Assembly: GCA_963842945.1 (NCBI GenBank)
Contig: CAWJIM010000019.1
Location: 576,001 to 640,000 of the forward strand
DNA from: an uncultured Gemmatimonadales bacterium
GTDB lineage: Bacteria; Gemmatimonadota; Gemmatimonadetes; Gemmatimonadales; GWC2-71-9
Length of the DNA: 64,000 nucleotides
Direction of reading: 5' to 3'
Shown here piece by piece: positions 1 through 10,237 of this stretch. Each line of letters begins with the position of its first letter. Position 1 is the first letter of the stretch. The position numbers and the translations under genes were made by a program. The notes under the pieces were generated by a model, which was not told the origin of the DNA, made no database searches, and saw only the letters and a program-made list of their open reading frames with translations.

Positions 1-2
1 GC

Positions 3-611
3 AACATCACGCTGGAGCCCGAGTACTACGCGGACGTGGACCAGGAGCGCTTCGCCCGGGTGAAGCCCCTGCTCTGGCTCTGGTACGGCTTCGACCGCTC
101 GACCGTCGGCGGACAGAACGTGCACCTGGGGGTGCGGTTCCGGCGGATGCTCGCGAGCCATCTCTTCGCCCGTTGCGGCCGCAACTTCAAGTGCTTCCAG
201 CACACCGAATTCACCTACGGCTACAACCTCGAGGTGGGTGACGACGTGGTGGTGCACCGCCACGTGCTGCTCGACGACCGTGGGGGGATCACGCTGGGGG
301 ACCGGGTGAGCATCTCCGACTACGCCAACATCTACAGCCATACCCACAGCATCGTGGAGCAGAAGGACGTCACCAACGCGCGCACGGTGCTGGAGGACGA
401 CGTCCGCATCACCTATCACGCGACGGTGCTCGCCGGGGTGCGGGTGGGCCGCAACGGGATGGTGGGCGCGGTGGCGGTCGCCACCAAGGACGTGCGGCCC
501 TACCACGTGAACGTCGGCATCCCCGCGAAGTCCATCCGGATCAAGCCCAACGCGCCGCCCGAGGCGTACGTCACCGAGCGGGTCGCCAGGCGCGAGCCGA
601 CGGAGTCCTAG
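3..611 (+). CDS. Hexapeptide-repeat (LbH) acyltransferase, 5' truncated by window edge
   Basis: Frame open from base 3; hexapeptide repeats (LEVGDDVVV, ITLGDRVSI, LEDDVRITYHATVLAGVRVG) and C-terminal VGIPAK. Confidence 0.8.
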   Translation, partial: NITLEPEYYADVDQERFARVKPLLWLWYGFDRSTVGGQNVHLGVRFRRMLASHLFARCGRNFKCFQHTEFTYGYNLEVGDDVVVHRHVLLDDRGGITLGDRVSISDYANIYSHTHSIVEQKDVTNARTVLEDDVRITYHATVLAGVRVGRNGMVGAVAVATKDVRPYHVNVGIPAKSIRIKPNAPPEAYVTERVARREPTES

Positions 612-612
612 C

Positions 613-2983
613 CTGCCCCGCCGCCGGGAGCGCTGGTACCTCTCCCCTTCCGCCATCGCCGCGTGGGCGCTCCTCGCCAGCGCCTTCATCGCGACGGCGC
701 TCGGCGGCCTCCCCGCCGTCCTGAGCGTCGTCGCGGGACTCGCAGGAGCACTGATCGTGCTGCTGGCCGCGTGGCGCCGCGAGTGGGAGGTCCCGCTCCA
801 TGCGGTGGCGGTGACGCTCCTCGGCGTGGTGGTGTGGTACGCCAACGAGCGGATCTGGTGGCTCGCGCTGGCCGCGGTGCTGACGGTGTCCGCCAGCTTC
901 TGGGTGGCGATCGCGCGCGGGCGGCGGAAGGTGCGCGAGACGGAGAGCAAGAGCGAGGCGCTCGCCAGCCAGCTCGACCGCCGGATCAGCGAGCTGTTCT
1001 CGCTCCAGGAGCTGAGCTACGTGCTCTCGGAATCCATCCAGCTCGACCGGATCGTGGACCAGGTGGTCCGCTACGCCGGCCGCTTCCTCCAGACCGACGG
1101 GGCCATCGTCGTGCTGGCGGACGATGAGCGCAGTCAGCGTCTCCGCGTGGTCGCCGCGTCAGGAACGCTGGAGGCACTCCAGGGGCAGCGGGCGGAAGAG
1201 GACGACGCGGGCGCTGGTTCGATTCGCCATCAGCCGGGAGCGGATCGAGGTCGCCCAGGGCGCGCCCGAAGGCACGGTGAAGCTCATCGCGGGGGTCACG
1301 GTGCGCTCCGCGGCCGTGGCGCCGCTCCGGTCCCAGGGCGTCACCATGGGCGCGCTGGCGGTGGCGGACCGCCAGGGCGGCCCGTTCACCACCGAGGATC
1401 TCTGGCTCCTCTCCACCGTCGCCACCAATGCCTCGGTGGTGCTGGCGAACAGCCGGCTCTACGAGATCGTGCGGCAGAGCAAGGAGGAGTGGGAGACCGC
1501 GTTCGACGCGCTGACCGAGGGCATCGCCGTGGTCGGCCCCCATGGCGCCGTGCTCCGCGCCAACCGCGCGCTCGCGGCGCTCGCCGAGGTGAGCGAGGCC
1601 GAGCTGGTCGGCCTCAACTTCTGCGAGACGCTCTTCGGCAGCTCCGAGGCGGTCGAGGACCTGATCCGCGGCGCCTATCGCGGGCACCGGACCGCGCCGC
1701 TCGTGGTCCGCATGGAGCGGAACCAGCGCGTGCTCCGGCTCACCGCCGCTCCGTTCGCCGACCAGCCGGGACGAGCCCAGGCCGGCAGCCGGCCCGTGGT
1801 CATCCTGGTCGAGGATGTGACCGAGCAGCGCATCCTCGAGGCGCAGCTGATCCAGAACGACAAGATGGCCTCCATCGGCCAGCTGGTCTCGGGCGTGGCG
1901 CACGAGCTGAACAATCCCCTCACCTCCATCGCCGGCCTGACGGAGCTGCTGCTGGAGCGGGCGCCCGAGCCCAGCCTCCCCCACGAGCACCTGCGGGTGA
2001 TCCACGACCAGGCGGAGCGGGCCGGCCGGATCGTGCGCAACCTCCTCACCTTCGCCCGCAAGGGCGTGGCGGAGAAGGCAGCCGTGGACCTGAACGACGT
2101 CGCCTCCCGCACCTCGCTGCTGATCATGTACGAGCTCCAGCTCCACGGCATCGAGCTGGAGCCGGACTTCAGCGCCGAGCCCGTGGTCGTGCTGGGCGAC
2201 CGCTACGAGCTGCAGCAGGTGCTGCTCAACCTGGTGAACAACGCGGTGCACGCGGTCAGCCAGCTGGAGGCCGGACGGCCGCGCCGCATCCGGCTCGAGA
2301 CCAGGCTCCAGGGTGGGACGGCGATCCTGCGCGTGTGCGACTCGGGGCCCGGCGTTCCGCCACACCTGGTGAGCTATCTCTTCACGCCGTTCTTCACCAC
2401 CAAGGCGCCGGGCGAGGGAACCGGGCTCGGGCTCTCGCTCAGCTACGGGCTGGTGAAGGCGCACGGTGGCGAGCTGGTTTACGAGGTGCCGCCCGAGGGT
2501 GGGGCGGAGTTCCGCATCTCCCTGCCGGCCTACCGGACATCCGATCAGCAACCGGCCGCGGAGCAGCAGCCGGGGGCGCGGCCGGCCCTTCGTCGCATCC
2601 TCGTGATCGACGACGATCCCGCGGTACACCGTATGGTCAGCGCGCTGTTCACCCCGCAGGGCGCGGTGGTGGAGGCGGTCCGGTCCGGCACCCAGGGCAT
2701 CCGGATGCTGAAGGAGCGCGACTTCGATCTGGTCGTGGTGGACGCGATGGCGGCGGTGGACCCGTCCAGGCCGTTCCTGCAGGCGGTGGCGGCGGAATGT
2801 CCCGACCTCTGCGGCCGGCTGGTCGTGGGAGTGGCGGGCAACGGCGAGCTGCACGAGGCCGCGGTGCAGGCGGGGGCGCGGGGCGCGCGGAAGCCGTTCA
2901 ACCTCCGCGAGCTCAACGCCGTGGCGCAGGAGATCTTCGCTAGTACCCCGCCGCGCTCGCCGGCCGCCACGGAAGGACGCTGA
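613..2983 (+). CDS. Membrane hybrid sensor histidine kinase (TM-GAF-PAS-HisKA-HATPase-REC); apparent frameshift at ~1209-1211
   Basis: H-box AHELNNPL, N-box NLVNNA, DSGPG, PFFTTK, GTGLGL, and C-terminal REC-like segment (RILVIDDD...KPF). The TM region is in the 757 frame and joins the 1124 frame at a GGG run. Start uncertain (CTG 613 or GTG 757). Confidence 0.8.
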
Positions 2984-4350
2984 CGCGTCCTCGCACCCGC
3001 GCGGACGCCGCGGCGGCGTCCGCGGTCGCCCAGTAGTTCCCGCCCGCGGCCAGGTCCGGCGCGTCGATGAACCACCCGGTGGCGTGCAGGAAGACGTTGC
3101 CGGTGACTTCGGTGCCGTGCCCCACGTTGTCGATCACCAGCCCGTCCACCAGCCCGTCCAGCATGTTCCCCCGCACCCGGCTTCCGGTGGTGCCCTGCAG
3201 CAGGATCCCCTGCTCCACCCCGCCCACCACGTTGTCGTCGATCCGCTGGCCGCGACTGGCGGCGCCGCCGCGGTCCGGGGCCGTCACCATGATGCCGACC
3301 CGCCCGCCGAGCAGCACGTTGGCCTCGATCGTGTTGTCGCTGCCGTGCTCCAGGGTGATGCCCGCGATGCGCGAGCCGATCACCGTGTTCCCGCGAACCA
3401 CGCTCCCGTTCAGATGGTCCAGGCGGAAGCCGATGGTGGCGCTGTCGCCCCGGTTCTCCAGGAAGGTCAGGTTCCAGGTGTGGCCCGCGGCGAAGGCCAC
3501 CCCGCTCCCCGAGGCGTCGTTCCGCAGGACCAGGTTGCCGACCGAGGCCCGGGTGAGCGGCGATTGACCGGTGATCCGGAGCCCCGTGCTCGAGCCGCTG
3601 AGATCGTTCTCGGTGATCGTGTTCGAGTCGCTCCCCTCGCGGAGCAGGATCGCGGCGGCGTTGCAATCCACCGTCGTGGGCGCGCACCGCACGGTGCGCT
3701 GCAGCTGGTTGCGGATGACCACGTTCCGCGAGGAGCGCCAGAGGCTGATGCCCCATCCGGTGTTGCCGCGGATCTCGTTGTCCGCGACGTAGCTTCCCCG
3801 GGCGTCGATCAGGCCGATGCCGTTCTGCGCCTCCTTCGCGGTCACCCCCGTGACGCTGGCGTCGGTGGTTCGCACGAGCACCAGCCCGGCCCCCGCCTCG
3901 ATGAATGGAGCCAGCCGGAAGGGATTGAGCCGGTCGGCGGTGTCCGGCCGGGTAGGGGAGCGAAGCGGCGTCGTCCGGCTCCCGGACAGCTCGGTCCCGC
4001 GCACCTGGTGTCCCGCGCCACCCTCCAGCCGGAGACCGATGCGGTAGCCGCGGATCGTCCCGCCCAGGACGGAGACACGGTCCACGTCCTTGCTGGTGAT
4101 GCCGATCCCGGTGAAGCGCGACGGCACCGAGTCACCGCTCTCCAGCACCACGCCGGTGAGGTCGATGCGGGTGCCGGAGGCCGCCGCGACGATCACGCCG
4201 CGCTCGGAAGGGTCGGCGATCCGATAGCGGCCGGGGCACACTCGCACCTCGCCCTGCACCTGGGTGCCGGCCCGCGACGGCCGGAGACACGGCGCGCACG
4301 ATGGAGGCACCGGCGAGCATCGTGAGGGCGAGCGAGAGGGTCAGCATCAT
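2940..4350 (-). CDS. Secreted right-handed parallel beta-helix (NosD/CASH-like) protein; apparent frameshift near 4290-4310
   Basis: Repeated N/G/I beta-helix motifs. Signal peptide [16 protein letters not shown] starts at 4350 (ATGA overlap with hisF) in a different frame from the body. Confidence 0.7.
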
Positions 4351-5099
4351 GGCCGCACCGGGTAGCCGCGCTCCCGGAGGAACGCGCGAGCCTCGGGGAG
4401 CGAGGAGCCGCGGAAGTGAAAGATGGTCGCGGCGAGCACGCCGTGCGCCCCGGCCTCGAGCGCCTCCGCCAGGTGCGCCAGCGTGCCTGCGCCGCCCGAG
4501 GCGATGATGGGGATGCCCACCGCCCCCGCCGCGTCGCGCAACAGCGCCAGATCATAGCCGGTGCCGGTGCCGTCTCGATCCATCGACGTGAGCAGGATCT
4601 CGCCCGCGCCGCGCGACTCGAGCTCACGCATCCAGGTCACCGCCTCGAGCGGGGTCTCTTCCCGACCTCCGTTCACCATCACGGCGAGCCGGCCGTTCAC
4701 CCGCCGCGCATCCACCGCGGCGACGATGCACTGGCTCCCGAAGCTGTCCGCCAGCCGGGAGACCAGCGATGGGTCGCGCACGGCGGCGGTGTTCACCGAC
4801 ACCTTGTCGGCGCCCGCGCGCAGCGCGCCGCCGGCATCCGCCACGGAGCGGATGCCTCCACCCACCGTGAACGGGATGAAGATCGAGTCGGCGACCCGCG
4901 CCACCATCTCCAGGGTGGTGCGGCGCTCGTCGGGGCTGGCGGAGATGTCGAGGAACACCAGCTCGTCGGCGCCTTCGGCGTCGTAGCGGGCGGCCTGTTC
5001 CACCGGATCGCCGGCGTCGCGGAGGGACTCGAAGTGCACGCCCTTCACCACGCGGCCTCCCGCCACGTCGAGGCAGGGAATGATCCGCCGGGCTAGCAT
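4347..5099 (-). CDS. hisF: Imidazole glycerol phosphate synthase cyclase subunit
   Basis: [50 protein letters not shown]. Confidence 0.97.
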   Translation of the reverse strand: MLARRIIPCLDVAGGRVVKGVHFESLRDAGDPVEQAARYDAEGADELVFLDISASPDERRTTLEMVARVADSIFIPFTVGGGIRSVADAGGALRAGADKVSVNTAAVRDPSLVSRLADSFGSQCIVAAVDARRVNGRLAVMVNGGREETPLEAVTWMRELESRGAGEILLTSMDRDGTGTGYDLALLRDAAGAVGIPIIASGGAGTLAHLAEALEAGAHGVLAATIFHFRGSSLPEARAFLRERGYPVRP

Positions 5100-5560
5100 A
5101 TCCGGAGCACGTCCTCCACCGCCCCGCCGTCGCCCGAGCCGAGCAGCTGCACGGCGTCCTCGAGGGCGCGCCGCTCGCGCGGCCAGGCGAATCGGGCCCC
5201 CGCCTCCGCCGGCGTCAGCCACTCGTGCGCGTTGTGCTCCGGGCCGAGCCGCACCGCGATCTCCGGAGGGACGAAGGCGACGAAGACCGGCACCAGTGCC
5301 ACCTCGTCCTTGCGGTGCTGGTAGAAGGTCTCGACCCGGCTCAGGTTGTAGAGCCGCTCCGGCACCAGTCCCGTCTCCTCCTGCAGCTCTCGCGCGGCCG
5401 CGTCGGCCGGGTGCTCGCCTTCCTCGATGTGCCCGTGCACCGTCTCCCACGAGCCCGGACACCGGCCCCCCGGGGCCCGGCGAAGGACCAGGCACCGCAG
5501 CCCCGCTCCATCCCGACGGAGGACGTATACGTCCACCAGTGAGACACGCACCGAGGTCAT
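5093..5560 (-). CDS. NUDIX hydrolase (NudB-like)
   Basis: Complete Nudix box [23 protein letters not shown]; overlaps hisH stop and hisF start. Confidence 0.85.
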   Translation of the reverse strand: MTSVRVSLVDVYVLRRDGAGLRCLVLRRAPGGRCPGSWETVHGHIEEGEHPADAAARELQEETGLVPERLYNLSRVETFYQHRKDEVALVPVFVAFVPPEIAVRLGPEHNAHEWLTPAEAGARFAWPRERRALEDAVQLLGSGDGGAVEDVLRIC

Positions 5561-6180
5561 GGGGCCCAGCGCGCGAATGCGTCCAGCAGCTCGATGCCTG
5601 CCCGCTGGGATTTCTCGGGGTGGAACTGCGCCCCGATCACCGGTCCCCGCCCCACGATGGTGGGGAAGGTCGCCCCGTATTCCCCGGTGCCGAGCACCGA
5701 CTCGGGGGGAAGGTCGCTGGGGTGGTAGCTGTGCACGTGGTAGAAGAACCGCGGCTCTCCGGCGAAGAGCGGCCCCAGCATCGGATGGACTCGCCCCCAC
5801 TCCGTGAGGTCCACTTGCGCCCAACCCACGTGCGGCACGTGGAGCGAGGTCACGAAGCGCCGCACTCGGCCGGCGAGGAGCCCGATGCCCCGCGCCTCGG
5901 GCGCCTCCTCGCTGGTCTCGAACAGCAGCTGGAGTCCCAGGCAGATCCCCATCACCGGCCGGCCCGCCGCGGCGACTTCGCGGACCGCCTCGCCCAGGCC
6001 GGTGGTGGAGAGGTTCCGGGTGCCCTGGCCGAAGTTGCCGACGCCCGGCACCAGCACCCGGTCCGCCGCACGCACTTCATCGGGATCGGCGGTGAGCGTG
6101 CCCTCGTGGCCGCCGGCCTCGAGCGCGCGGACCACGCTCTTCAGGTTGTTCACCCCATAGTCCACTACCGCGATCGTCAC
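5557..6180 (-). CDS. hisH: Imidazole glycerol phosphate synthase glutaminase subunit
   Basis: [40 protein letters not shown] start overlaps hisB stop. Confidence 0.95.
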   Translation of the reverse strand: MTIAVVDYGVNNLKSVVRALEAGGHEGTLTADPDEVRAADRVLVPGVGNFGQGTRNLSTTGLGEAVREVAAAGRPVMGICLGLQLLFETSEEAPEARGIGLLAGRVRRFVTSLHVPHVGWAQVDLTEWGRVHPMLGPLFAGEPRFFYHVHSYHPSDLPPESVLGTGEYGATFPTIVGRGPVIGAQFHPEKSQRAGIELLDAFARWAP

Positions 6181-6770
6181 AGCGCCCCCTTGGTGGACGG
6201 CACGCCCGCCACCCGCGGATCGAGGGACGTGGCCGCGTCGAGCGCCCGGGCGAACGCCTTGAACGCCGCCTCCACGATGTGATGCGGGTTGTCGCCGCGC
6301 ACCAGGTCGAGGTGCGCGGTGAGCCCCGCGTTGAGCACCAGCGCCCGGAAGAATTCGGGCGTGAGGAAGACGTCGTAGTCCCCCAGCATCTGCCACTTGG
6401 GGATCTCGATGTCGTAGTGGATGTAAGGGCGGCCCGAGACGTCCACCACCGCTCGCACCAGCGCGTCGTCCAGCGGGACGAGAGCGTCGCCGTACCGCCT
6501 GATCCCGGCCCGGTCGCCCAGCGCCCGGGCGATCGCGGTGCCGAGTGCGATCCCGGTGTCCTCGACCGTATGGTGCCCGTCCACGTGGAGATCGCCCTGC
6601 GCCTCCACCGTGAGATCGAGCAGCCCGTGCCGCGCGAGCGCCTCCAGCATGTGGTCGAAGAAGCCGATGCCGGTCTTCACCCGGGCCTCGCCTCGGCCGT
6701 CGAGGCCGACCCGCACGAAGAGATCGGTCTCCTTGGTCGTGCGACGGATCTCCGCCACTCGCTCGCTCAC
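6177..6770 (-). CDS. hisB: Imidazoleglycerol-phosphate dehydratase
   Basis: [44 protein letters not shown]. Confidence 0.96.
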   Translation of the reverse strand: MSERVAEIRRTTKETDLFVRVGLDGRGEARVKTGIGFFDHMLEALARHGLLDLTVEAQGDLHVDGHHTVEDTGIALGTAIARALGDRAGIRRYGDALVPLDDALVRAVVDVSGRPYIHYDIEIPKWQMLGDYDVFLTPEFFRALVLNAGLTAHLDLVRGDNPHHIVEAAFKAFARALDAATSLDPRVAGVPSTKGAL

Positions 6771-7849
6771 CGCGCCTCCCGGCCGAGGATCCGCGACAAC
6801 CCGTCGAGCACCGCGTCCATGTCCTCCTCCGTGCCGATCGAGATCCGCAGGCACTCCGCCAGCTCGACGGAGCCGGAGACGTCTCGCACCAGGATGCCGT
6901 GCTCCTCGTGCAGCCGGCGGAACACCTCCCCCGCGGGACGCGCCCGGCAGCGGATCAGCACGAAGTTGGCCGCGGTGGGGAAAACGTCGATCCCCGGGAT
7001 CGCGGCGAGGCGAGGAAGGAATCGGTCGCGGGTCTCGGCGATCGCCCGGGTCCGCGCGCCGAGCAGCTCGGCGTGGTCGAGCGCGACTTCGGCGGCGGCC
7101 AGCGTGATCAGGTTCACGTTGTAGGGAAGCTTCCCCTTGGCCAGCTCCCCCGCCACCGCGGGGTGTGCCAGCGCCAGCCCGAACCGCAGCCCCGCCATGC
7201 CCATCGCCTTGGAGAACGTGCGCAGCACCACCACCCGCGAGGTGCGGCGCAGCAGTGGAATCGCCGTGGGCCCGCCGAAGTCCTGGTACGCCTCGTCGCA
7301 CACGACCAGCGCGCCGGTCTCGGCGAGGATGCGCTCCACCGCGCCCTCGGCCAGGGCGGAGCCGGTCGGGTTGTTGGGCGAGTTGAGCACGACCACCCGT
7401 GCCCGCTCCCGGACGGCGGTCTCCACGATCCGGTCCACGTCGAACTCGAACTGCTGGCCCAGGGGCACCGGGACGTAGCGGCCGCCGAGGACGCCGGTGA
7501 GCAAGCGGTAGAGCGAGAAAGTCGGCGAAGGCGCCACGACCGCGTCGCCGGAGGCCAGGACGACCGCGAGCGTCGCCTGGATCAGCTCGTTGGACCCGTT
7601 GCCGGCCACCACACCGTCGGGGATCCAGCCGTAGTGCGCCGCGAGACGCTCGACCAGCCCCGTGGGCACGAACTCGGGATAACGCTGCCACGGCGCGGCG
7701 GCGGCCCGCTCGAGCACCGCCTGCTTCAGCTCGGGCGGGAAGTCGTAGGGGCACTCGTTCTGGTTGAGCTTTCGGCGGGTGGGCAGCGCTCGGAGCGTGT
7801 ATCCCGCCTGCGACCGAACGCCGGGCTTCACCAGCGCGAGGCCGTCCAC
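6767..7849 (-). CDS. hisC: Histidinol-phosphate aminotransferase
   Basis: KLNQNECP, GNGSNELI, SPNNPTG, DEAY, RTFSKAMGMAGLRFG. Start approximate (GTG 7849). Confidence 0.92.
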   Translation of the reverse strand: MDGLALVKPGVRSQAGYTLRALPTRRKLNQNECPYDFPPELKQAVLERAAAAPWQRYPEFVPTGLVERLAAHYGWIPDGVVAGNGSNELIQATLAVVLASGDAVVAPSPTFSLYRLLTGVLGGRYVPVPLGQQFEFDVDRIVETAVRERARVVVLNSPNNPTGSALAEGAVERILAETGALVVCDEAYQDFGGPTAIPLLRRTSRVVVLRTFSKAMGMAGLRFGLALAHPAVAGELAKGKLPYNVNLITLAAAEVALDHAELLGARTRAIAETRDRFLPRLAAIPGIDVFPTAANFVLIRCRARPAGEVFRRLHEEHGILVRDVSGSVELAECLRISIGTEEDMDAVLDGLSRILGREAR

Positions 7850-7938
7850 TGGGTCAGGAAGCGCTTCCCCCGGGCCGGTGGAGTCGCGAGTGATCGGTCG
7901 GACGGGGGTGGAGGAGGTGGCGGTGAGCGGCGGCCTGG

Positions 7939-10176
7939 TCAAGCGCGGTGGCGGCCGAGGACCGCCTCGAGCCGTGCCGACAGGGCCTTGGCCCGGAACG
8001 GCTTGGTGATGAAGTCGTCGGCGCCGAGCTCGAACACCCGCACCTCGTTGTCCTCGTCGCCCTTGGCGGTGAGGACCACGACCGGAATCGCCCGGGTGGC
8101 GGGCCGGGAGCGGAGTTGGGTGAGCACGCTGTAGCCGTCGATGCCGGGCAGGTTGAGATCGAGGATGATCACGTCCGGCGCCAACCGATCCACCTGGTCC
8201 AGCGCCTGGACGCCGTCGCGCGCCTCGGCGACGGTGTAGCCCTCGCGCTCCAGCAGGTCCTTCATCACCCGGCGGAGCTGTTCCTCGTCCTCCACCAGGA
8301 GCACGCAGGTTCCCGCGCCCCGCGCGGCGGCCGGCGCGGCCCCGTCCGAGGGATCGTCCACCAGCTCCAGCTCTTCCGCGAAGTCGAGCGCGAGCGACGA
8401 ATCCGTCTTCGCCGGCGCGGGAGGCGCCGCCGCTGCGGCGGCAGGCGGAGCGGCGGTCCGAGCGCGGGGAGCTGGCGCACGGCGGGGCTCCTCCTCGACG
8501 GGCACGTCCGCGACCCGCAGCAGCTCCTCCAGCGTCGAGTCTCCGGCGAGCACGTGCCGCAGCCCGCTGTCGAACAGCGAGCGCATGCCGTTGGCCCGCG
8601 CCGCCTCCGCGATCAGGTCGGCGGTGGACCCCTGGCCGATCCGCCGTTCCAGCTCGGAGTTCATGGTCAGCACTTCCATGATGCTGAAGCGGCCGCGGTA
8701 CCCGGTCGTGGCGCACTCGGGGCAGCCGACGGCACGGAGCAGCTTCGCCCCCGGCGGGATGAACCGGGCGAGCTGCTCCGGCACAGGCGCTTCCCGTGGC
8801 TCGAAGCAGGCCTTGCAGAGCCGCCGCATCAGCCGCTGGGCGACCACGCCGCGAAGGGCGGAGGCGATCTTGTAGGGCTCCATGCCCATGTCCACCAGTC
8901 GCGTCACGACATTGGGCGCATCGTTGGTATGGAGCGTGGAGAGCACCAGGTGGCCGGTGAGCGAGGCCTGGAGCGCGATCTGCGCCGTCTCCTTGTCGCG
9001 GATCTCGCCCACCAGCACGACGTCGGGGTCCTGCCGCAGAATCGACCGCAGCGCCGAGGCGAAGGTGAGCCCGGCTTTGTCGTGCACCTGGACCTGGACG
9101 ATGTTCTGCCCCAGGCGGTACTCGACCGGGTCTTCCACCGTCACGATGTTGACGCCCTCGTTCTGGACCAGGCTCAACGCGGAGTACAGGGTGGTGGTCT
9201 TGCCCGAGCCGGTGGGCCCGGTGACCAGGATGATCCCTTCCTTGTGTGTGAGCAGTCGCTTGACCGCCTCCTGCTCGTCCGGGTGCATTCCCAGCGACTC
9301 CAGGTTCAGCACCGTGGTCCGCTGGCTCAGGATCCGGATGACCACCTTCTCGCCCAGGGAGGCCGGCAGGGTGGAAACCCGGAGGTCCACCGGCTCGCCG
9401 TTCACCGAGACCCGGGCGCGTCCGTCCTGCGGCCGCAGGCGGTCCGCGATGTCGAGCCCGGACATGATCTTGATCCGGGAGATGAGAGGGAGCCCGGCGT
9501 TGCGTGGCACCTTCATGACCTGGCGCAGCACCCCGTCGATGCGATAGCGCACTACCACCCCGCCCTCGATCGGCTCCACGTGGATGTCGCTGGCCCGGCT
9601 CACGACGCCGTCGGCCAGCATCATGTCCACCAGGCGGATGATGGGCCGCTGGCTCGCCTCCTCCGCGGTGGCGTACTCCGCCTCCTCTTCGGAGAGCTCC
9701 TTGACCTCCATCTCCTCGTCGATGCCGGCCAGGAGGCGGGAGACGATCTCCTCGCCGCTGCGATAGATCTCGTCCAGCTTCGCCCTGAGTCTGCCGGGCG
9801 ACGCGAGCAGCATCCGCACTTCTCGCCCGGTGGCGAAGGCCAGCATTTTCTCGGCGTCGATGTCGAACGGATTGGCGGTGGCCACCTCGAGGTAGGAGTC
9901 GGTCTGGCCCACCGGGACGACGGTGAACCGCCGGGCGAGCTGCTCGGGGATGACGCCGGTGACCCGGGCATCGACTTGGGAGAGGTCGGCGACCGGGAGG
10001 CGGAACCGGGCGGCGATGGCGCTGAGCACCTGGTCGTCGGTCACCATCCGCCGTTGCACCGCGGTCTCCCACAGCGACACCGGCGCCGGCGCGACCTCCT
10101 GGCGCAGTGCGGCCAGCGCGTCAGCGGGGAGCAACGGCTCGACGGTGGGGACCAGCCATTCGTCCAGAAACTGCAT
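7939..10176 (-). CDS. GspE/PilB-family secretion/pilus ATPase with C-terminal response-regulator receiver domain
   Basis: ASDIHVEP, PQDGR, Walker A GPTGSGKTT, TVEDPVE, LRQDPDVVLVGEIRD, CKAC/CPEC; then REC (VLLVEDE, DVIILDLNLPGIDG, DDFITKPF). Confidence 0.92.
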   Translation of the reverse strand: MQFLDEWLVPTVEPLLPADALAALRQEVAPAPVSLWETAVQRRMVTDDQVLSAIAARFRLPVADLSQVDARVTGVIPEQLARRFTVVPVGQTDSYLEVATANPFDIDAEKMLAFATGREVRMLLASPGRLRAKLDEIYRSGEEIVSRLLAGIDEEMEVKELSEEEAEYATAEEASQRPIIRLVDMMLADGVVSRASDIHVEPIEGGVVVRYRIDGVLRQVMKVPRNAGLPLISRIKIMSGLDIADRLRPQDGRARVSVNGEPVDLRVSTLPASLGEKVVIRILSQRTTVLNLESLGMHPDEQEAVKRLLTHKEGIILVTGPTGSGKTTTLYSALSLVQNEGVNIVTVEDPVEYRLGQNIVQVQVHDKAGLTFASALRSILRQDPDVVLVGEIRDKETAQIALQASLTGHLVLSTLHTNDAPNVVTRLVDMGMEPYKIASALRGVVAQRLMRRLCKACFEPREAPVPEQLARFIPPGAKLLRAVGCPECATTGYRGRFSIMEVLTMNSELERRIGQGSTADLIAEAARANGMRSLFDSGLRHVLAGDSTLEELLRVADVPVEEEPRRAPAPRARTAAPPAAAAAAPPAPAKTDSSLALDFAEELELVDDPSDGAAPAAARGAGTCVLLVEDEEQLRRVMKDLLEREGYTVAEARDGVQALDQVDRLAPDVIILDLNLPGIDGYSVLTQLRSRPATRAIPVVVLTAKGDEDNEVRVFELGADDFITKPFRAKALSARLEAVLGRHRA

Positions 10177-10237
10177 CAAGCGGCTCGGGGAAGTTGCGGA
10201 GCGTGGAAATGTAGCCGGGACCACTGGTTGGGCGCCA

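Noticed and set aside
6767..10072. 1101-aa ORF suggesting a large N-terminal extension of HisC
   Set aside because: The extension is an alternative frame of the PilB-like gene with Arg/Gly/Pro-rich composition; HisC similarity starts near 7849.
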